The notes beneath the pieces were generated by a model, which made no database searches, was not told the origin of the DNA, and was given only the letters and a program-made list of their open reading frames with translations. A stretch of 64,000 bases of DNA from Thermodesulfovibrionales bacterium (lineage in GTDB: Bacteria > Nitrospirota > Thermodesulfovibrionia > Thermodesulfovibrionales > SM23-35). Location of the stretch: the NCBI GenBank assembly GCA_963715195.1, contig CAVQRT010000014.1, forward strand, positions 30,333 through 94,332, read 5' to 3'. How positions within the stretch are numbered: position 1 is the first letter of the stretch; every line of letters starts with the position of its first letter. This document shows positions 30,599-42,011 of this stretch, one piece after another. Made by a program: the position numbers and the translations under genes.

Positions 30599-31210
30599 GT
30601 GAAAGTTTTAGTCCTGTTCTATTCAATGTATGGGCATATTCACCGCATGGCAGAAGCTGTTGCAACGGGGGTACAGGAAGTTGAAGGTGCAATATGCGAA
30701 ATAAGGCGTGTCCCGGAGACACTGCCTGAAGAGGTCCTGATAAAAATGGGTGCGCTCGAAGTTCAGAAAAATCTTGCTCATGTGCCGGTATGCACCCTTG
30801 ATGAACTGGTTTCCGCTGATGCAGTTATCTTTGGCACTCCGACGCGGTTTGGGAACATGTGCGGACAGATGCGGCAGTTTCTCGATTCAACAGGTCAGCT
30901 CTGGGCTGCAGGAGCACTTGTCGGGAAGGTGGGGAGTGTTTTCACCAGTTCGAATACCCAGCACGGCGGCCAGGAATCTACGATTCTCAGCTTTCACCTC
31001 ACACTTCTCCATCATGGGATGATCATTGTGGGCTTGCCTTATACCTTCCAGGGTCAGATGCGCATCGATGAGATTACCGGAGGTTCGCCGTATGGCGCAT
31101 CAACGATTGCAGGTCCAAAGGGACAGCGAATGCCGAGCGAGAATGAATTATCTGCGGCACGGTTTCAGGGAAAACATGTGGCAGTAATAGCTGCAAGGCT
31201 TGCGAGATAG
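30599..31210 (+). CDS. wrbA: NAD(P)H:quinone oxidoreductase WrbA
   Basis: [28 protein letters not shown]. Confidence 0.97.
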   Translation: MKVLVLFYSMYGHIHRMAEAVATGVQEVEGAICEIRRVPETLPEEVLIKMGALEVQKNLAHVPVCTLDELVSADAVIFGTPTRFGNMCGQMRQFLDSTGQLWAAGALVGKVGSVFTSSNTQHGGQESTILSFHLTLLHHGMIIVGLPYTFQGQMRIDEITGGSPYGASTIAGPKGQRMPSENELSAARFQGKHVAVIAARLAR

Positions 31211-31282
31211 GAACGTTGCCCTGCGATATCAGGAGACAATAGGCTGCTCTGTTTATAATATTCTTGTGCCGAAGTTGATCTA

Positions 31283-31657
31283 TTGATGGGAAGAATAAAA
31301 ACATTCAGAGTCTTTCAGCATCCTGCCTTCGGATATCAGGCTGTGAAAGTCGGATTTTCATGGCCCGGACTTTTCTTTTCCGGGATCTGGCTCTTGTTAA
31401 AAAGGCTTTGGGGATATGCCCTGGTATTCTTGTCAATCACGATCGTGCTGTCTTTCATAGAAACAGGGTTTGAAAAGGACCAGAACATTACTGGCATCGT
31501 GCTGATACTCTGGTTGGAGATTGGCATGTATATCTTCGTCGGAGTCAGGGGAAATGACTGGCATGCTGCCAATCTGCAAAAGCGAGGTTTTGAGCTTATC
31601 GATACGGTGCAGGCAGAGACTCCCAGCGCAGCAATCGGAAAAGTCGCCAAAACGTGA
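31283..31657 (+). CDS. DUF2628-like membrane protein
   Basis: VKVGFSWPGLFF motif and two TM segments; true start may be 31286. Confidence 0.75.
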   Translation: MMGRIKTFRVFQHPAFGYQAVKVGFSWPGLFFSGIWLLLKRLWGYALVFLSITIVLSFIETGFEKDQNITGIVLILWLEIGMYIFVGVRGNDWHAANLQKRGFELIDTVQAETPSAAIGKVAKT

Positions 31658-31857
31658 GCAGTCTTCCCTGATAATTTGTTCAAGCCTGCTTCCATCGCTG
31701 CGCCTTCCAAAAAGCCGCAGAATTTAATTCTGATATAGTTGTGCAGATTACCAAATATTACCGATATGAGTGAGTATGAATGGAGGCGGAGTGAATATCT
31801 AATGTATTTTGGAGGGCGAACAGCTACCCTCGCCCATTTTGAGGATACCCAGGGATA

Positions 31858-32328
31858 TTATTTCTTTTCAAAGAGGTTTCTATATTGCCCGTATCCTTCT
31901 TTTTCGAGGTCCTCTGCAGGGATAAACCGGAGGGCGGCTGAGTTCATGCAGTAACGGAGACCTGTCGGCGCAGGACCGTCGGGAAATACGTGACCGAGGT
32001 GTGAATCACCAAGCTTGCTCCTCACCTCTGTCCTTTTCATGAAAAGGCGCCTGTCTTGCTTTTCCACGATATTACCGGGTTCAAGGGGCCTGGAGAAGCT
32101 TGGCCATCCGGTGCCGGAGTCGTATTTATCGAGAGAGCTGAAAAGGGGTTCCCCTGAGACAATGTCAACATAAATACCCTCTCTCTTGTTATCCCAATAC
32201 TCGTTATGGAACGCTCTTTCCGTGCCCTCCTCCTGGGTAACCTCGAACTGCAGCGGCGTAAGCTTCTTCTTGAGCTCCTCCTTTGAAGGCTTTACAAATT
32301 TCTTATCTGCACTTTCCATAGTGTGCAC
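31858..32328 (-). CDS. msrB: peptide methionine sulfoxide reductase B
   Basis: [35 protein letters not shown]; lacks the Zn-binding CxxC pairs. Confidence 0.97.
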   Translation of the reverse strand: MHTMESADKKFVKPSKEELKKKLTPLQFEVTQEEGTERAFHNEYWDNKREGIYVDIVSGEPLFSSLDKYDSGTGWPSFSRPLEPGNIVEKQDRRLFMKRTEVRSKLGDSHLGHVFPDGPAPTGLRYCMNSAALRFIPAEDLEKEGYGQYRNLFEKK

Positions 32329-32557
32329 CTCTCTTTTTTCTCCCCATATCGTTTTGAGAAACTGGTCTCTGCCGGAATTAAACCGGTAAAATTTGTACCG
32401 TATAGGATTTTTTTATAATAATCCTGATTATATTCCTTATTATATCAATTTCTCCTTTCCCGGGTTCTTTTCATGGTCAAGAAAGGGAGGTAATTGGTAC
32501 AATAAAACAGGAAAAAAAACTGTTTCTTTTCAGAAAGAATGAAAGGCGAGGTGTTCG

Positions 32558-33154
32558 GTGAGCAGGTACGAAACAAAGACATGTGCGCACTGCGGAAGAG
32601 CCATTAATGCCCGGTATGCAGTCTGTCCTCTGTGCGGCGGGCATATTCGTGACGAGGTCGGGACAATTCCGCCGGTGTGCCCTCATTGCAGAATTCCTCT
32701 TGAAATCCAGATACATGACGGTGATGAATACGATTTCTGCAGACAATGCGGCGGGATCTGGCTTGATAAAGGCGAATTTAAAAAGGCAACAAGGCCCTCT
32801 GACGTATACCGTAAGGAAGAAATCAAAGGCGAGTTTCTCCGTGGATCTTTACGGGAACCAATAGAATATATCCCCTGTGTCAGATGCGGGAAACTCATGA
32901 ACCGAAAGAATTTCAGACGTATCTCTGGTGTCATCATCGACGAATGCGGCAGACATGGCGTATGGCTTGATGCAGGAGAGCTCGAAAAAATACGTCACTT
33001 TATCGCGGATGGTGGTCTTGACAGATCTCAAGACAGAGAAATCGAACGGACACGCAATGAACTGAGGGACCTTGCCACGAAAGTGGATCAAACAGCATTT
33101 GTCCAGAAGATTCTCCATTTCTGGAAATTCAAGAGATGGCTTTTTGGTGGCTGA
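32558..33154 (+). CDS. multi-zinc-ribbon protein (zf-TFIIB-like)
   Basis: CxxC pairs; two CxxxGxWLDxGE repeats. Confidence 0.8.
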   Translation: MSRYETKTCAHCGRAINARYAVCPLCGGHIRDEVGTIPPVCPHCRIPLEIQIHDGDEYDFCRQCGGIWLDKGEFKKATRPSDVYRKEEIKGEFLRGSLREPIEYIPCVRCGKLMNRKNFRRISGVIIDECGRHGVWLDAGELEKIRHFIADGGLDRSQDREIERTRNELRDLATKVDQTAFVQKILHFWKFKRWLFGG

Positions 33155-33208
33155 TTTCGACTCCCGGATAATGAGGCTGTAAGAGTACGACAGGAAAAAT
33201 ATCCCTTC

Positions 33209-36200
33209 ATGGATCAACAGAACGGATTGCCCTCAGAACAGAAGGTTAAAAAAAGATTTCTGGTTTTTTTAATCGGGACACTCCTTATTCTTCTCCTCTT
33301 ATTTTTTGCCGGTGCTCCGGCCATTTCTACAGCGCTGAAAAATGCGCTCATTTCCGAACTGCAGGAACTCTCCGGAGAGAAGATTTCGATTCATGACCTT
33401 CGTCTTAATCTTTTTCCGCTCTCGATAGAGGCGAAAGAAATTGGGGTATCTGATGAAGGCGGAAAGAGTGTTGTTACCGTCGAGAGAGTTAAGGGCTATG
33501 TCGGGCTATCGGGACTTCTCAATAAAACGATCTCTATCCGCCGGCTCGTTCTGAAAGAGCTGAAGGTCATGGCAGAAAGGCAGAAGATTGAAGAGATCGT
33601 CAAACATATCGAGGACTATCTTAATAAGGAACAAAAGGATGCATTGAAGGTCAAGATTAAGGCTGTTGAGATTGTTTCGGGAGGAATTCAGATCGGCGAT
33701 GATGCCCTGAAGGGTATCGTAGAGATGAAAAGACTTTCAGGCGAGATGATTATCGGAAAAACTCAGCGTATCAAAGCAGATGTAAAAGAACTCATCGTCC
33801 AACGGGAAGGATGGCCTGAGATTGTATGCGACGTCAATACCGCTGTTGATCTCGGGAGTGAAAGGATTGAAATCAAGCGTCTTCAGATCGGTGCCTTTGG
33901 CTCCGCGTTCAAAGGAGAGGGAACTTATACTCAGGGGAAAGGCACACTCAAGACCAGCCTGTCATTGCTGGTAAATTCCGTAAAGCGGTTTTTTGGGCTG
34001 CAGGAAAAAGGTGATGGACAGATCACTGCAAAAGGCGAGATCCGGATAGAACCGCATGAACGGTCAGTTCCGTCCCTGCGGACCGAAAGGATAAGCCCTT
34101 CTTTACAGCTGCAGAAAGCAAAAGCTGGGTTCCCCGGCCTGAAGGATATCTTTGTCGATCTGAAGCTTGAAGGTGGTTTTTATGTACAGACGCTCATGGA
34201 ACTCCTGCACGTAAAGGAAAGAATAGAGGGACTGGTTGACTTCGACGGGGAAATCACCGGGCCTCTCACGGATATTACCGGCAGAGCACGGGCAAGGCTG
34301 CAGAAGGGGGACCTGTTTGCTGTTGATATAGATTCTTTGCAGTGCACTGTCATATATAAAAACGGCGTTATCGAGTTCAGGGACGGCTCCGGGAAGCTAT
34401 ATAACGGTACTGCACAAGCTGAAGCGGTACTGCACCTTCCCACTGCTCACGGGTTTACTGTGAATGTGAAATTCCAGGCAATAGACAGCCTCGGTGCGTT
34501 TAAGCTGATACAATGGGACCCCGGGATACCGAACGGAAAGGTTGACGGGGAACTCCTGACCTCCGGCAGTCAATTCAGTCCGGACGGATGGTTTCTGTAC
34601 AAAAACCCTGGAGCAGGGCACCGTATCAGAAAGAGTGAGATGCAGGCACCACGTGATGATGTGCTCAGCAGGATTGGAGATATCAGGGGGAATTACTCTC
34701 TGAGAGGTGCTCGCCTCGCTTTGACAAATCTTCAAATCAATACATCTCTCTCGAATGTTTCGGCGAACGGTACAGTCGATCTGGAGAAAAAATTGCTTAG
34801 TCTTACGTGTAAACTTATGACGGAAACCGTTTCGGATCTCACATCCCCTTATTACAGGGGAGCCGAAGGCCGTGGTGATTTTTCTGGTGAGATCAGCGGG
34901 TCTTTTGATGATCCAAGAATCTCCGGAAAGATATCCATCGCAAATGCCATGGTAGAGGAATACAGGACAGACAGTTTTATTGCTGACTTTTCGTATCAAA
35001 AAAATATGCTTGAACTCCGGAACGCTGTTTTTAGGGACCGGGGAGAGGAACACAGGGTCAGCGGCAGAATATCATTCCCTCAGGCAAAAGAACTCTTTGA
35101 TCTTGCCATTCCGGTATATGACCTGAGCGCAACGCTCAGAGACGCCGATTTTGGAAAGGCAGTCGGAGTTTTCTCAAAGGACTTCGCGGGCACCGGTGCG
35201 CTCAGTGCAGATCTCAAAATAGTGGGAAAGGACGAGGATATTGCCATCAACGGCAAGGCATCGGTTGAGCATGTTTCATTGTATGACGTTTCTTTTGATG
35301 CAGCGACGGCACATATCAACTATGCACATGGAGAGCTTTCTTTAAAACAAGCACGGTTCGTAAGGGGACAGTCTATTCTGACAGCCGATGGGAAGGTCGG
35401 TCCTGACGGTCGGTTCTCTTACCATGCCTCATCGGATAAACTGCTTTTGAAAGACTTTGGGCTTGGCAGGATGCCTGATGATGCTGTGGTTTCCATGCGT
35501 TCTGAAGGAAGCGGGACATTCGATAATCCTTCAATTAACCTCAGTGCTAAGGTTTCAGGAGGAACATTCAAAGGAAGAAATATGGGGAGCGGAACAGTCA
35601 ATGCCGTGATACAGAACCGGAATATTACTGTGCAGGCTGCACTGTTCAATGAAAAGATGAGGCTTACCGGTCGTGGATATCTTGATGATCATTTGCCTTG
35701 GAATGCCGAGCTCATTATTCAGCCGGCACGGTATGATTTCCTTATCAGCTCTCTGCTCAAGGATGTGCCTGAGGACCTCCAACTCAATCTCGACGGAAAA
35801 GTCGAGATGCACGGCGACAGGAAGAATATTGAAGCATCTGCACAGGTAAATCATCTGGCGCTTTCATTGTTTGAGCAATCTTTTTCTAATGATTCCGATA
35901 TCCAATTTTCAGTGATGAACAAAAGAATATCGCTCAGGCCATTTACCATCAGGAGTGGGGAGACATCGTTCGATATTCGCGGCGGTCTGGAAATCGGGGA
36001 GAAATATGATCTTAGGATCGAAGGGAGTTCTGCTCTTTCGCCGCTCAAGGGCTTTTCAAAGAACATCGGGTATCTGAAGGGGGATGCCGATTTTGTCTTC
36101 ATGCTGGGGGGTGAGTGGAATAAGCCTGAGATTAAGGGTGGCATGACTATTTCTGACGCATCATTCGGTCTGCGGGGATATGCCTCTTATATCAGCTCGA

Positions 36201-37285
36201 TTAATGGCTATATCTCTATCGATGAAGACAAGATCATCGTTGAGAAGCTGAGCGGAAAATTCGGAGGCGGTACTCTCGATTTATCCGGGTTTGCGTATCT
36301 GAGAGGATTCCTGATAAAACGGTTTCACCTTGAAACTCGGCTGGACGATATTACGGCAAAAATTTCGCAAGAATTTTCTGTCAATCTGAACGGGGAACTT
36401 CTTTACAGTGGCACCACGGATGCAATGTCCGTAACAGGTGAGGTCCGGATTAATAAGGCACGTTACAGGGACCCGGTGGAATGGCGAAGCTGGCTTTTAG
36501 CCGCCAAAGGCATAGAAAAACCGAAATCCGAGATGTCTGTGTTCGAAAGAACTGAACTGAATATACAGGTCTCAGGGGGTGAGAATATCAGCGTTGACAA
36601 TAATATCGCGCGTGCGCCGATCCGAATACGCGGAGATATGATTGTAAAAGGCACGGCATCCAATCCGATCCTTTTTGGAAGGCTTGAGACGAATGAGGGG
36701 TATATTTACTTCAGAAACAATGAATTCAGGATAATCCATGCAAGTGCAGATTTTTCTGATCCGCACAGGATCAAGCCGATTCTGAATCTTACCGCCGAAA
36801 CCTCGATACAGGGTTATACGATCAGGCTTAACCTTGAGGGGGAGATGGACCGGTTCAACCTCTCACTTTCTTCTGCTCCCCCGCTTGAGGAGGTCGATAT
36901 TCTCTCTCTCCTGACCGTCGGGCAGCTTGGGAAACAGACGAAAGGGCTTGAAGGCGGTATCGGTGCAGGAGCTGCAACGTCATTCATTACCGGCAAACAG
37001 CAGGATATCATCGAGGAAAGGATCAGAGCTTTGACAGGGATAGATAGATTTCAGGTTGAGCCCTATGTATCAAAATCTACCGGTACGGTGGAGCCCAGGG
37101 TAACGGTATCGGAAAGACTCATCAGTGACAAAGTTTTTGTGACCTACACAACTTCGATCGGTTCAACGGAAGAACAGATACTGAAAGTGGAATATCTCCT
37201 GAATAGGAATATCTCTCTCATCGGAACCCGGGATGACATCGGCAGCATTGGCGGTGACGTGAAGTTCCGATTCGAATTCAAATGA
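33209..37285 (+). CDS. tamB: translocation/assembly module TamB (AsmA-like)
   Basis: N-terminal TM, 1358 aa beta-rich, C-terminal DUF490-like (SSAPPLEEVDILSLL..DVKFRFEFK). Confidence 0.88.
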   Translation: MDQQNGLPSEQKVKKRFLVFLIGTLLILLLLFFAGAPAISTALKNALISELQELSGEKISIHDLRLNLFPLSIEAKEIGVSDEGGKSVVTVERVKGYVGLSGLLNKTISIRRLVLKELKVMAERQKIEEIVKHIEDYLNKEQKDALKVKIKAVEIVSGGIQIGDDALKGIVEMKRLSGEMIIGKTQRIKADVKELIVQREGWPEIVCDVNTAVDLGSERIEIKRLQIGAFGSAFKGEGTYTQGKGTLKTSLSLLVNSVKRFFGLQEKGDGQITAKGEIRIEPHERSVPSLRTERISPSLQLQKAKAGFPGLKDIFVDLKLEGGFYVQTLMELLHVKERIEGLVDFDGEITGPLTDITGRARARLQKGDLFAVDIDSLQCTVIYKNGVIEFRDGSGKLYNGTAQAEAVLHLPTAHGFTVNVKFQAIDSLGAFKLIQWDPGIPNGKVDGELLTSGSQFSPDGWFLYKNPGAGHRIRKSEMQAPRDDVLSRIGDIRGNYSLRGARLALTNLQINTSLSNVSANGTVDLEKKLLSLTCKLMTETVSDLTSPYYRGAEGRGDFSGEISGSFDDPRISGKISIANAMVEEYRTDSFIADFSYQKNMLELRNAVFRDRGEEHRVSGRISFPQAKELFDLAIPVYDLSATLRDADFGKAVGVFSKDFAGTGALSADLKIVGKDEDIAINGKASVEHVSLYDVSFDAATAHINYAHGELSLKQARFVRGQSILTADGKVGPDGRFSYHASSDKLLLKDFGLGRMPDDAVVSMRSEGSGTFDNPSINLSAKVSGGTFKGRNMGSGTVNAVIQNRNITVQAALFNEKMRLTGRGYLDDHLPWNAELIIQPARYDFLISSLLKDVPEDLQLNLDGKVEMHGDRKNIEASAQVNHLALSLFEQSFSNDSDIQFSVMNKRISLRPFTIRSGETSFDIRGGLEIGEKYDLRIEGSSALSPLKGFSKNIGYLKGDADFVFMLGGEWNKPEIKGGMTISDASFGLRGYASYISSINGYISIDEDKIIVEKLSGKFGGGTLDLSGFAYLRGFLIKRFHLETRLDDITAKISQEFSVNLNGELLYSGTTDAMSVTGEVRINKARYRDPVEWRSWLLAAKGIEKPKSEMSVFERTELNIQVSGGENISVDNNIARAPIRIRGDMIVKGTASNPILFGRLETNEGYIYFRNNEFRIIHASADFSDPHRIKPILNLTAETSIQGYTIRLNLEGEMDRFNLSLSSAPPLEEVDILSLLTVGQLGKQTKGLEGGIGAGAATSFITGKQQDIIEERIRALTGIDRFQVEPYVSKSTGTVEPRVTVSERLISDKVFVTYTTSIGSTEEQILKVEYLLNRNISLIGTRDDIGSIGGDVKFRFEFK

Positions 37286-40005
37286 CTACCATGCAAGACG
37301 CTGCGAAGAGATTTGGTATTTTCATCGGGAAGGGTTTTCCCCGTGTTTTCCTCGTACTTTTTGCAGTGTGCCTTTTATGTTCTGCTGTTTTTGGCGCATC
37401 GGCTTCAGTTGTCGGGAAAATAGAAATTTTCGGGTTACATTCAATAGGGAAAGATGAATTGCTGTATATCCTTGGAATAAGCCCGGAAGAAGCCATAGAC
37501 GAAACCCTCGTGCGTGAGGGGATTCAAAGGGCTTTTCTAAAAGGTATATTCGATGATATTTCGGTTGAGACAACTGACGAAGAAAAAACGACGGTTATAA
37601 TTCATGTTAGGGAAAGGCCGTATATAAAGGAGATTTCCGTCGAGGGAAATTATGCTCTGCCCAAAAAGACCATTGTATCGTTATTCCTTCTCAAGGAAGA
37701 CCAGTATCTCTCATGCAATATGCTTGAACGCGCTGTGGAAAAACTGAAGCCTGAAATGGCGAGGCGGGGCTTCCCGAATGCTCAGATAGAAACAGATGTT
37801 GAAATATTGGAGAGTCATCCGCACGTTGTTATCCATCTCAAAATCAACGCCGGGGAACCGGAAAGAGTTCAAAGAATCATTGTCTCGGGCACAACCGATG
37901 ACGTGAAATCGGTTATGAAACTGTCCGAAGGCGACGTATTTGACCAGGCTGTCTTACAAAGAGACATTGAAAGGATTGAGAAATACTTTAAGGATCATGA
38001 ATATTTTAAGCCCGTGGTAAAACCCTATACCTATACGGATGGAGTGCTTTACCTGTCTGTGCATCCGGGGAAACGGCTCTATATTATCCTTGACGGTAAT
38101 GATTCAGTCTCGAAAAAGATGATTCTCAGAGAGATGCCCTTTTTTGAGGCTGAAGACTTTAACGATGATATCGTGGAAGAAGCAATACAGAGAATGTTAT
38201 CGCTTTACCATGCGAAGGGGTTTCCCTTTGTCCAGATCGCTCCGGTCGTTAAGGATAAGGATGACATCATCGAACTGACGTTTTTCATCTTCGAAGGGAA
38301 CAAAGTGAGTACAGGAAATATCTCATTTTCGGGTGCAACCCTTGATGAGGCCAGACTCAAGGGCATCCTCTCCGTCAAGGAAGGCACTGTGTTTAACCCT
38401 GACCTCATCGATTCGGACAGGGAAACACTGATGAATTTCTACTACGCTCTTGGATACCTCTCGGTTGTCGTTAGAGAATTTCAGACAACATATGATAAGG
38501 ATGCTCAGACGATGAATATCGTTATTCCAGTGCAAGAGGGACCGAGGACCGTTATCGGACAAATCGATATTGTTGGAAGCCGGATTATTGCTGAGGATGA
38601 AGTGAGAAAAGCCATACATTTAAAACGCGGAGATCCCTTTAATGAAGTCGATATATCAGATGCCAGATATGGGATTATCGAATTATACAACACAAAAGGA
38701 TTTCCCTTAGTTGACGTAACTGTCGGGAGGTCATTCGACGGCCTTAAAGCGGATATCACGTTCACAATCAATGAAGGTCCTTTTGCTGTTTTCGGTAAGA
38801 CGATTGTTACCGGAAATAACAGAACAAAGTACATAGTGATTAAAAGGGAACTCCTTAGAGAAAAAAATGCGCCATTTGATTACAGGGTTCTCAGAAGGGA
38901 AAGGCAGAGGCTGTATAAACTTGGGTTGTTCACGGACGTCAGCGTAGAGATGCTTCAAGGCTATGGTCAGCAGAAGGACGTCCTGGTAAGCTTGCATGAG
39001 GGGAATGCAGGTGCTGTTGAATTTGGCTTTGGATATTCAGATTATGAGCGGTACAGGGGATTCCTCGATGTAAGCTACAGGAACCTCTGGGGTATGCACC
39101 GACAGGCCTCTGCTAGGACTGAGCTGAGTTCAATAGAGCGCCGCCTTATCCTGCAATACTATGAACCGTGGTTCTTGATAAAGTCTAACGCTTTCCGGGC
39201 CTTTTTTCTGACTGAATACCGGGAAGAACTGAATGTTGATACCCGAGAAACCCGGTACAAGCTCTCACGGAATGCAGTAAGCGCTGGAATTGAAAGAAAA
39301 TTTAGTAGCATCGTTAAATCCGAACTCTATTATGAATTCTCGTTTGTGAATACCTATGATGTGAAGCCCGACGTTGTACTCAGCAAAGAAGACACCGGGA
39401 CCCTGATTATAAGTGGATTACGACTCGGGATTATCTTTGATACCAGGGATGATCCTTTCTACCCGACAAAGGGGATTCTGTCCGGTATCTCTACGAAGCT
39501 CACATCACCGCTCTTTCTTTCAGAGTCTGATTTTATCAAGCTGAGCTTGTACGGCAATATCTACCATGAACTTATCCCGCGGTTTGTTATTGCGGCGTCT
39601 CTGAGGGGCGGGATCGCAAAGGGATACGGTGCTACAACCGAGCTGCCGATCGTTGAGAGGTTTTTTCTTGGTGGGAGGACGACGGTGAGAGGGTATGAGC
39701 AGGATACCCTTGGCCCGAAAGGGTCAGACGGCAATCCAACCGGCGGTAATGTCTTTCTCATGGAAAATTTAGAAATGCGGATTTCTTTGGGGAGGGGCAT
39801 AGGGCTCGTAACTTTCCTTGACGGCGGCAACGTATGGGTGGAGGTGAAAGATATTGACCCTTCAGATATCAAATTCACTGCAGGACTGGGATTGCGCTAT
39901 GATACCCCTGTTGGGCCATTGCGGATTGATTACGGGCATAAATTGCAGAGAGCGAAAGATGAGAGCAGCGGGGAGCTGCATTTCAGCATCGGTCATGTAT
40001 TTTAA
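37282..40005 (+). CDS. bamA: Omp85-family assembly factor (BamA/TamA-like) with multiple POTRA domains
   Basis: POTRA repeats, RFFLGG..TVRGY, GLGLRYDTPVGPLRIDYG, C-terminal Phe. Confidence 0.88.
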   Translation: MTTMQDAAKRFGIFIGKGFPRVFLVLFAVCLLCSAVFGASASVVGKIEIFGLHSIGKDELLYILGISPEEAIDETLVREGIQRAFLKGIFDDISVETTDEEKTTVIIHVRERPYIKEISVEGNYALPKKTIVSLFLLKEDQYLSCNMLERAVEKLKPEMARRGFPNAQIETDVEILESHPHVVIHLKINAGEPERVQRIIVSGTTDDVKSVMKLSEGDVFDQAVLQRDIERIEKYFKDHEYFKPVVKPYTYTDGVLYLSVHPGKRLYIILDGNDSVSKKMILREMPFFEAEDFNDDIVEEAIQRMLSLYHAKGFPFVQIAPVVKDKDDIIELTFFIFEGNKVSTGNISFSGATLDEARLKGILSVKEGTVFNPDLIDSDRETLMNFYYALGYLSVVVREFQTTYDKDAQTMNIVIPVQEGPRTVIGQIDIVGSRIIAEDEVRKAIHLKRGDPFNEVDISDARYGIIELYNTKGFPLVDVTVGRSFDGLKADITFTINEGPFAVFGKTIVTGNNRTKYIVIKRELLREKNAPFDYRVLRRERQRLYKLGLFTDVSVEMLQGYGQQKDVLVSLHEGNAGAVEFGFGYSDYERYRGFLDVSYRNLWGMHRQASARTELSSIERRLILQYYEPWFLIKSNAFRAFFLTEYREELNVDTRETRYKLSRNAVSAGIERKFSSIVKSELYYEFSFVNTYDVKPDVVLSKEDTGTLIISGLRLGIIFDTRDDPFYPTKGILSGISTKLTSPLFLSESDFIKLSLYGNIYHELIPRFVIAASLRGGIAKGYGATTELPIVERFFLGGRTTVRGYEQDTLGPKGSDGNPTGGNVFLMENLEMRISLGRGIGLVTFLDGGNVWVEVKDIDPSDIKFTAGLGLRYDTPVGPLRIDYGHKLQRAKDESSGELHFSIGHVF

Positions 40006-40522
40006 AGGATCGGCATTGTCTTTTTTTTGTTATTTCTTGTGTGGTGCTTTTTTTATTCTATCACTGTACTCGTCTCCCTCTGCCGCGATGAGAGACAGGG
40101 TTGTGGCGTATGTCGATAATACGGCGATAACACTCAGTGAGGTGGAAAAGAAATATGCCGAAACGGTTCAGGCAACCCCTGCCGTTACAAAAGAAGAAGT
40201 CCTGAATACGATGATTAACCGAATACTCATGATAAGAGAAGCGAGAAAGCTTCGTTTGAAGTCAGAAAGTGAAGATGTATTGTTGAGAGACTATATTGAT
40301 CTGAAAATCCGGGCATTTATACGGATAAAAGATGAGGAGATAAGATCCTTTTACGATACGCATATTGCTGATTTTTCCGGAAAAGAACTTGACGAGGTAA
40401 GAGAGGATATCGAGAACTTTCTTATCGAGCAAGCGCTGAACAAAAGGCTGAAGGAGCATATTGATGAACTCAGAAACAATGCCTGTGTGAAGGTACAGCT
40501 TATTCAGAAGATTCAGGAATAA
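39995..40522 (+). CDS. SurA N-terminal-domain protein
   Basis: Signal peptide, DRVVAYVDNTAITLSE; precedes pdxA; no rotamase domain. Confidence 0.75.
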   Translation: MYFKGSALSFFCYFLCGAFFILSLYSSPSAAMRDRVVAYVDNTAITLSEVEKKYAETVQATPAVTKEEVLNTMINRILMIREARKLRLKSESEDVLLRDYIDLKIRAFIRIKDEEIRSFYDTHIADFSGKELDEVREDIENFLIEQALNKRLKEHIDELRNNACVKVQLIQKIQE

Positions 40523-40572
40523 GGTATTGCGTCACAGGAAATCAAAATGGTAGTTCTCAAGGTTTTCCGTCA

Positions 40573-41553
40573 ATGAAAAAACTTCTTATTACCATGGGAG
40601 ACCCCGGAGGTGTGGGGCCTGAAATTATCGTAAAGGCACTCGGTGCGCGCGGTATCACGAAATCATGCGTCCCGATCGTGATAGGGAATTCCCGCATTAT
40701 GTCGAAGGCGTTACGTCTTCTCGGAGATTCACGGAAGCTGCGGGAAATACCATCTCCTAAAGAAGCTGAAAATAACGTGAGACTCATTGACATTATCAAT
40801 ATAAAACACAGAGATCTCTCCCCTCTCCTTCATAATAAACCGACAGCCGCAGGTGGGGAAGCCTGCGTGAGTTACATAGAGAAAGCTGCCGAACTTTTGA
40901 TGCGCAATCAGGCTAATGCCATAGTTACGGCTCCCATCTCCAAAGAGGCACTGAAGATGGCCGGGTTTTCGTGGCCGGGACATACGGAGATGCTTGCTGA
41001 ATTATCGCGCACGAAGCAGTTCGCGATGATGCTTGTAGGCGGTCCACTGCGTGTTATTCTTGTCACGATTCATACGGCACTGAAGAATGTTCCTGGTCTG
41101 ATCACCAGACAGCGGATTCTTAAAGTTATTCGTCTTGCCAAACAGGCATGTAACATGTTGAAGATACGCAGTTCAAAGATTGGGGTCGCCGGACTGAATC
41201 CTCATGCCGGTGAGGCCGGGATATTCGGAGACGAGGAGATAACACAGATTATCCCGGCCATCAGGCAGGCGCAGCGGGAGAAGATTCCTGTTTCGGGGCC
41301 GTATTCTCCGGACACGCTTTTTCATAAAGCATACCAGGGTGAAATTGATATCGTTGTCTGCATGTATCATGATCAGGGATTGATACCCTTGAAAATGATC
41401 GCCTTTGATAAAGGTGTGAATGTGACCGTCGGCCTTCCGTTTGTCCGCACATCCCCTGACCATGGAACCGCATATGATATTGCATGGAAGGGGGTGGCGA
41501 ATCCATCAAGTATGATCGAGGCGATTAACCTGGCGGTAAAGCTGAGGGTGTAG
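40573..41553 (+). CDS. pdxA: 4-hydroxythreonine-4-phosphate dehydrogenase
   Basis: ITMGDPGGVGPE, GLNPHAGE, MYHDQG, RTSPDHGTA. Confidence 0.97.
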   Translation: MKKLLITMGDPGGVGPEIIVKALGARGITKSCVPIVIGNSRIMSKALRLLGDSRKLREIPSPKEAENNVRLIDIINIKHRDLSPLLHNKPTAAGGEACVSYIEKAAELLMRNQANAIVTAPISKEALKMAGFSWPGHTEMLAELSRTKQFAMMLVGGPLRVILVTIHTALKNVPGLITRQRILKVIRLAKQACNMLKIRSSKIGVAGLNPHAGEAGIFGDEEITQIIPAIRQAQREKIPVSGPYSPDTLFHKAYQGEIDIVVCMYHDQGLIPLKMIAFDKGVNVTVGLPFVRTSPDHGTAYDIAWKGVANPSSMIEAINLAVKLRV

Positions 41554-41564
41554 ATCTAACTTTC

Positions 41565-41987
41565 ATGAAAAGGATATATACCCTTGGTACCGACAGGAGG
41601 AGCGAGGAGGATTTTATCGAGATCCTTCTCGCGTATGATATCAAGGCACTGATTGATGTGCGGAGTTTTCCGAAAAGCAGAATCCCAATTTTCACGAGAG
41701 AAAATCTTAAAAATCTTCTCGACCATGAAGGAATTCAATACCATTTTCTTGGGAAGGAACTTGGAGGCTTCAGGAAGGGCGGATATACTTCATATCTTAT
41801 TACGGATGATTTTATGAAGGGGATTGATTTTCTTGAATCCATTGCAGGGGAAAAAACGTCGGTGATTATTTGTGCAGAGCGATTTCCCTGGAAATGTCAC
41901 AGAAAATGGATTTCGAGGGAATTGCAAAAGAGGGGCTGGCAGGTGGAGCATATTATTGATAAGGGGAAATTGTGGATACCGAAATAG
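41565..41987 (+). CDS. DUF488 family protein
   Basis: LIDVRSFPKSR, ELGGFR, CAE..WKCHR. Confidence 0.88.
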   Translation: MKRIYTLGTDRRSEEDFIEILLAYDIKALIDVRSFPKSRIPIFTRENLKNLLDHEGIQYHFLGKELGGFRKGGYTSYLITDDFMKGIDFLESIAGEKTSVIICAERFPWKCHRKWISRELQKRGWQVEHIIDKGKLWIPK

Positions 41988-42011
41988 CAGATAATTATTA
42001 TCTATCCGCAG

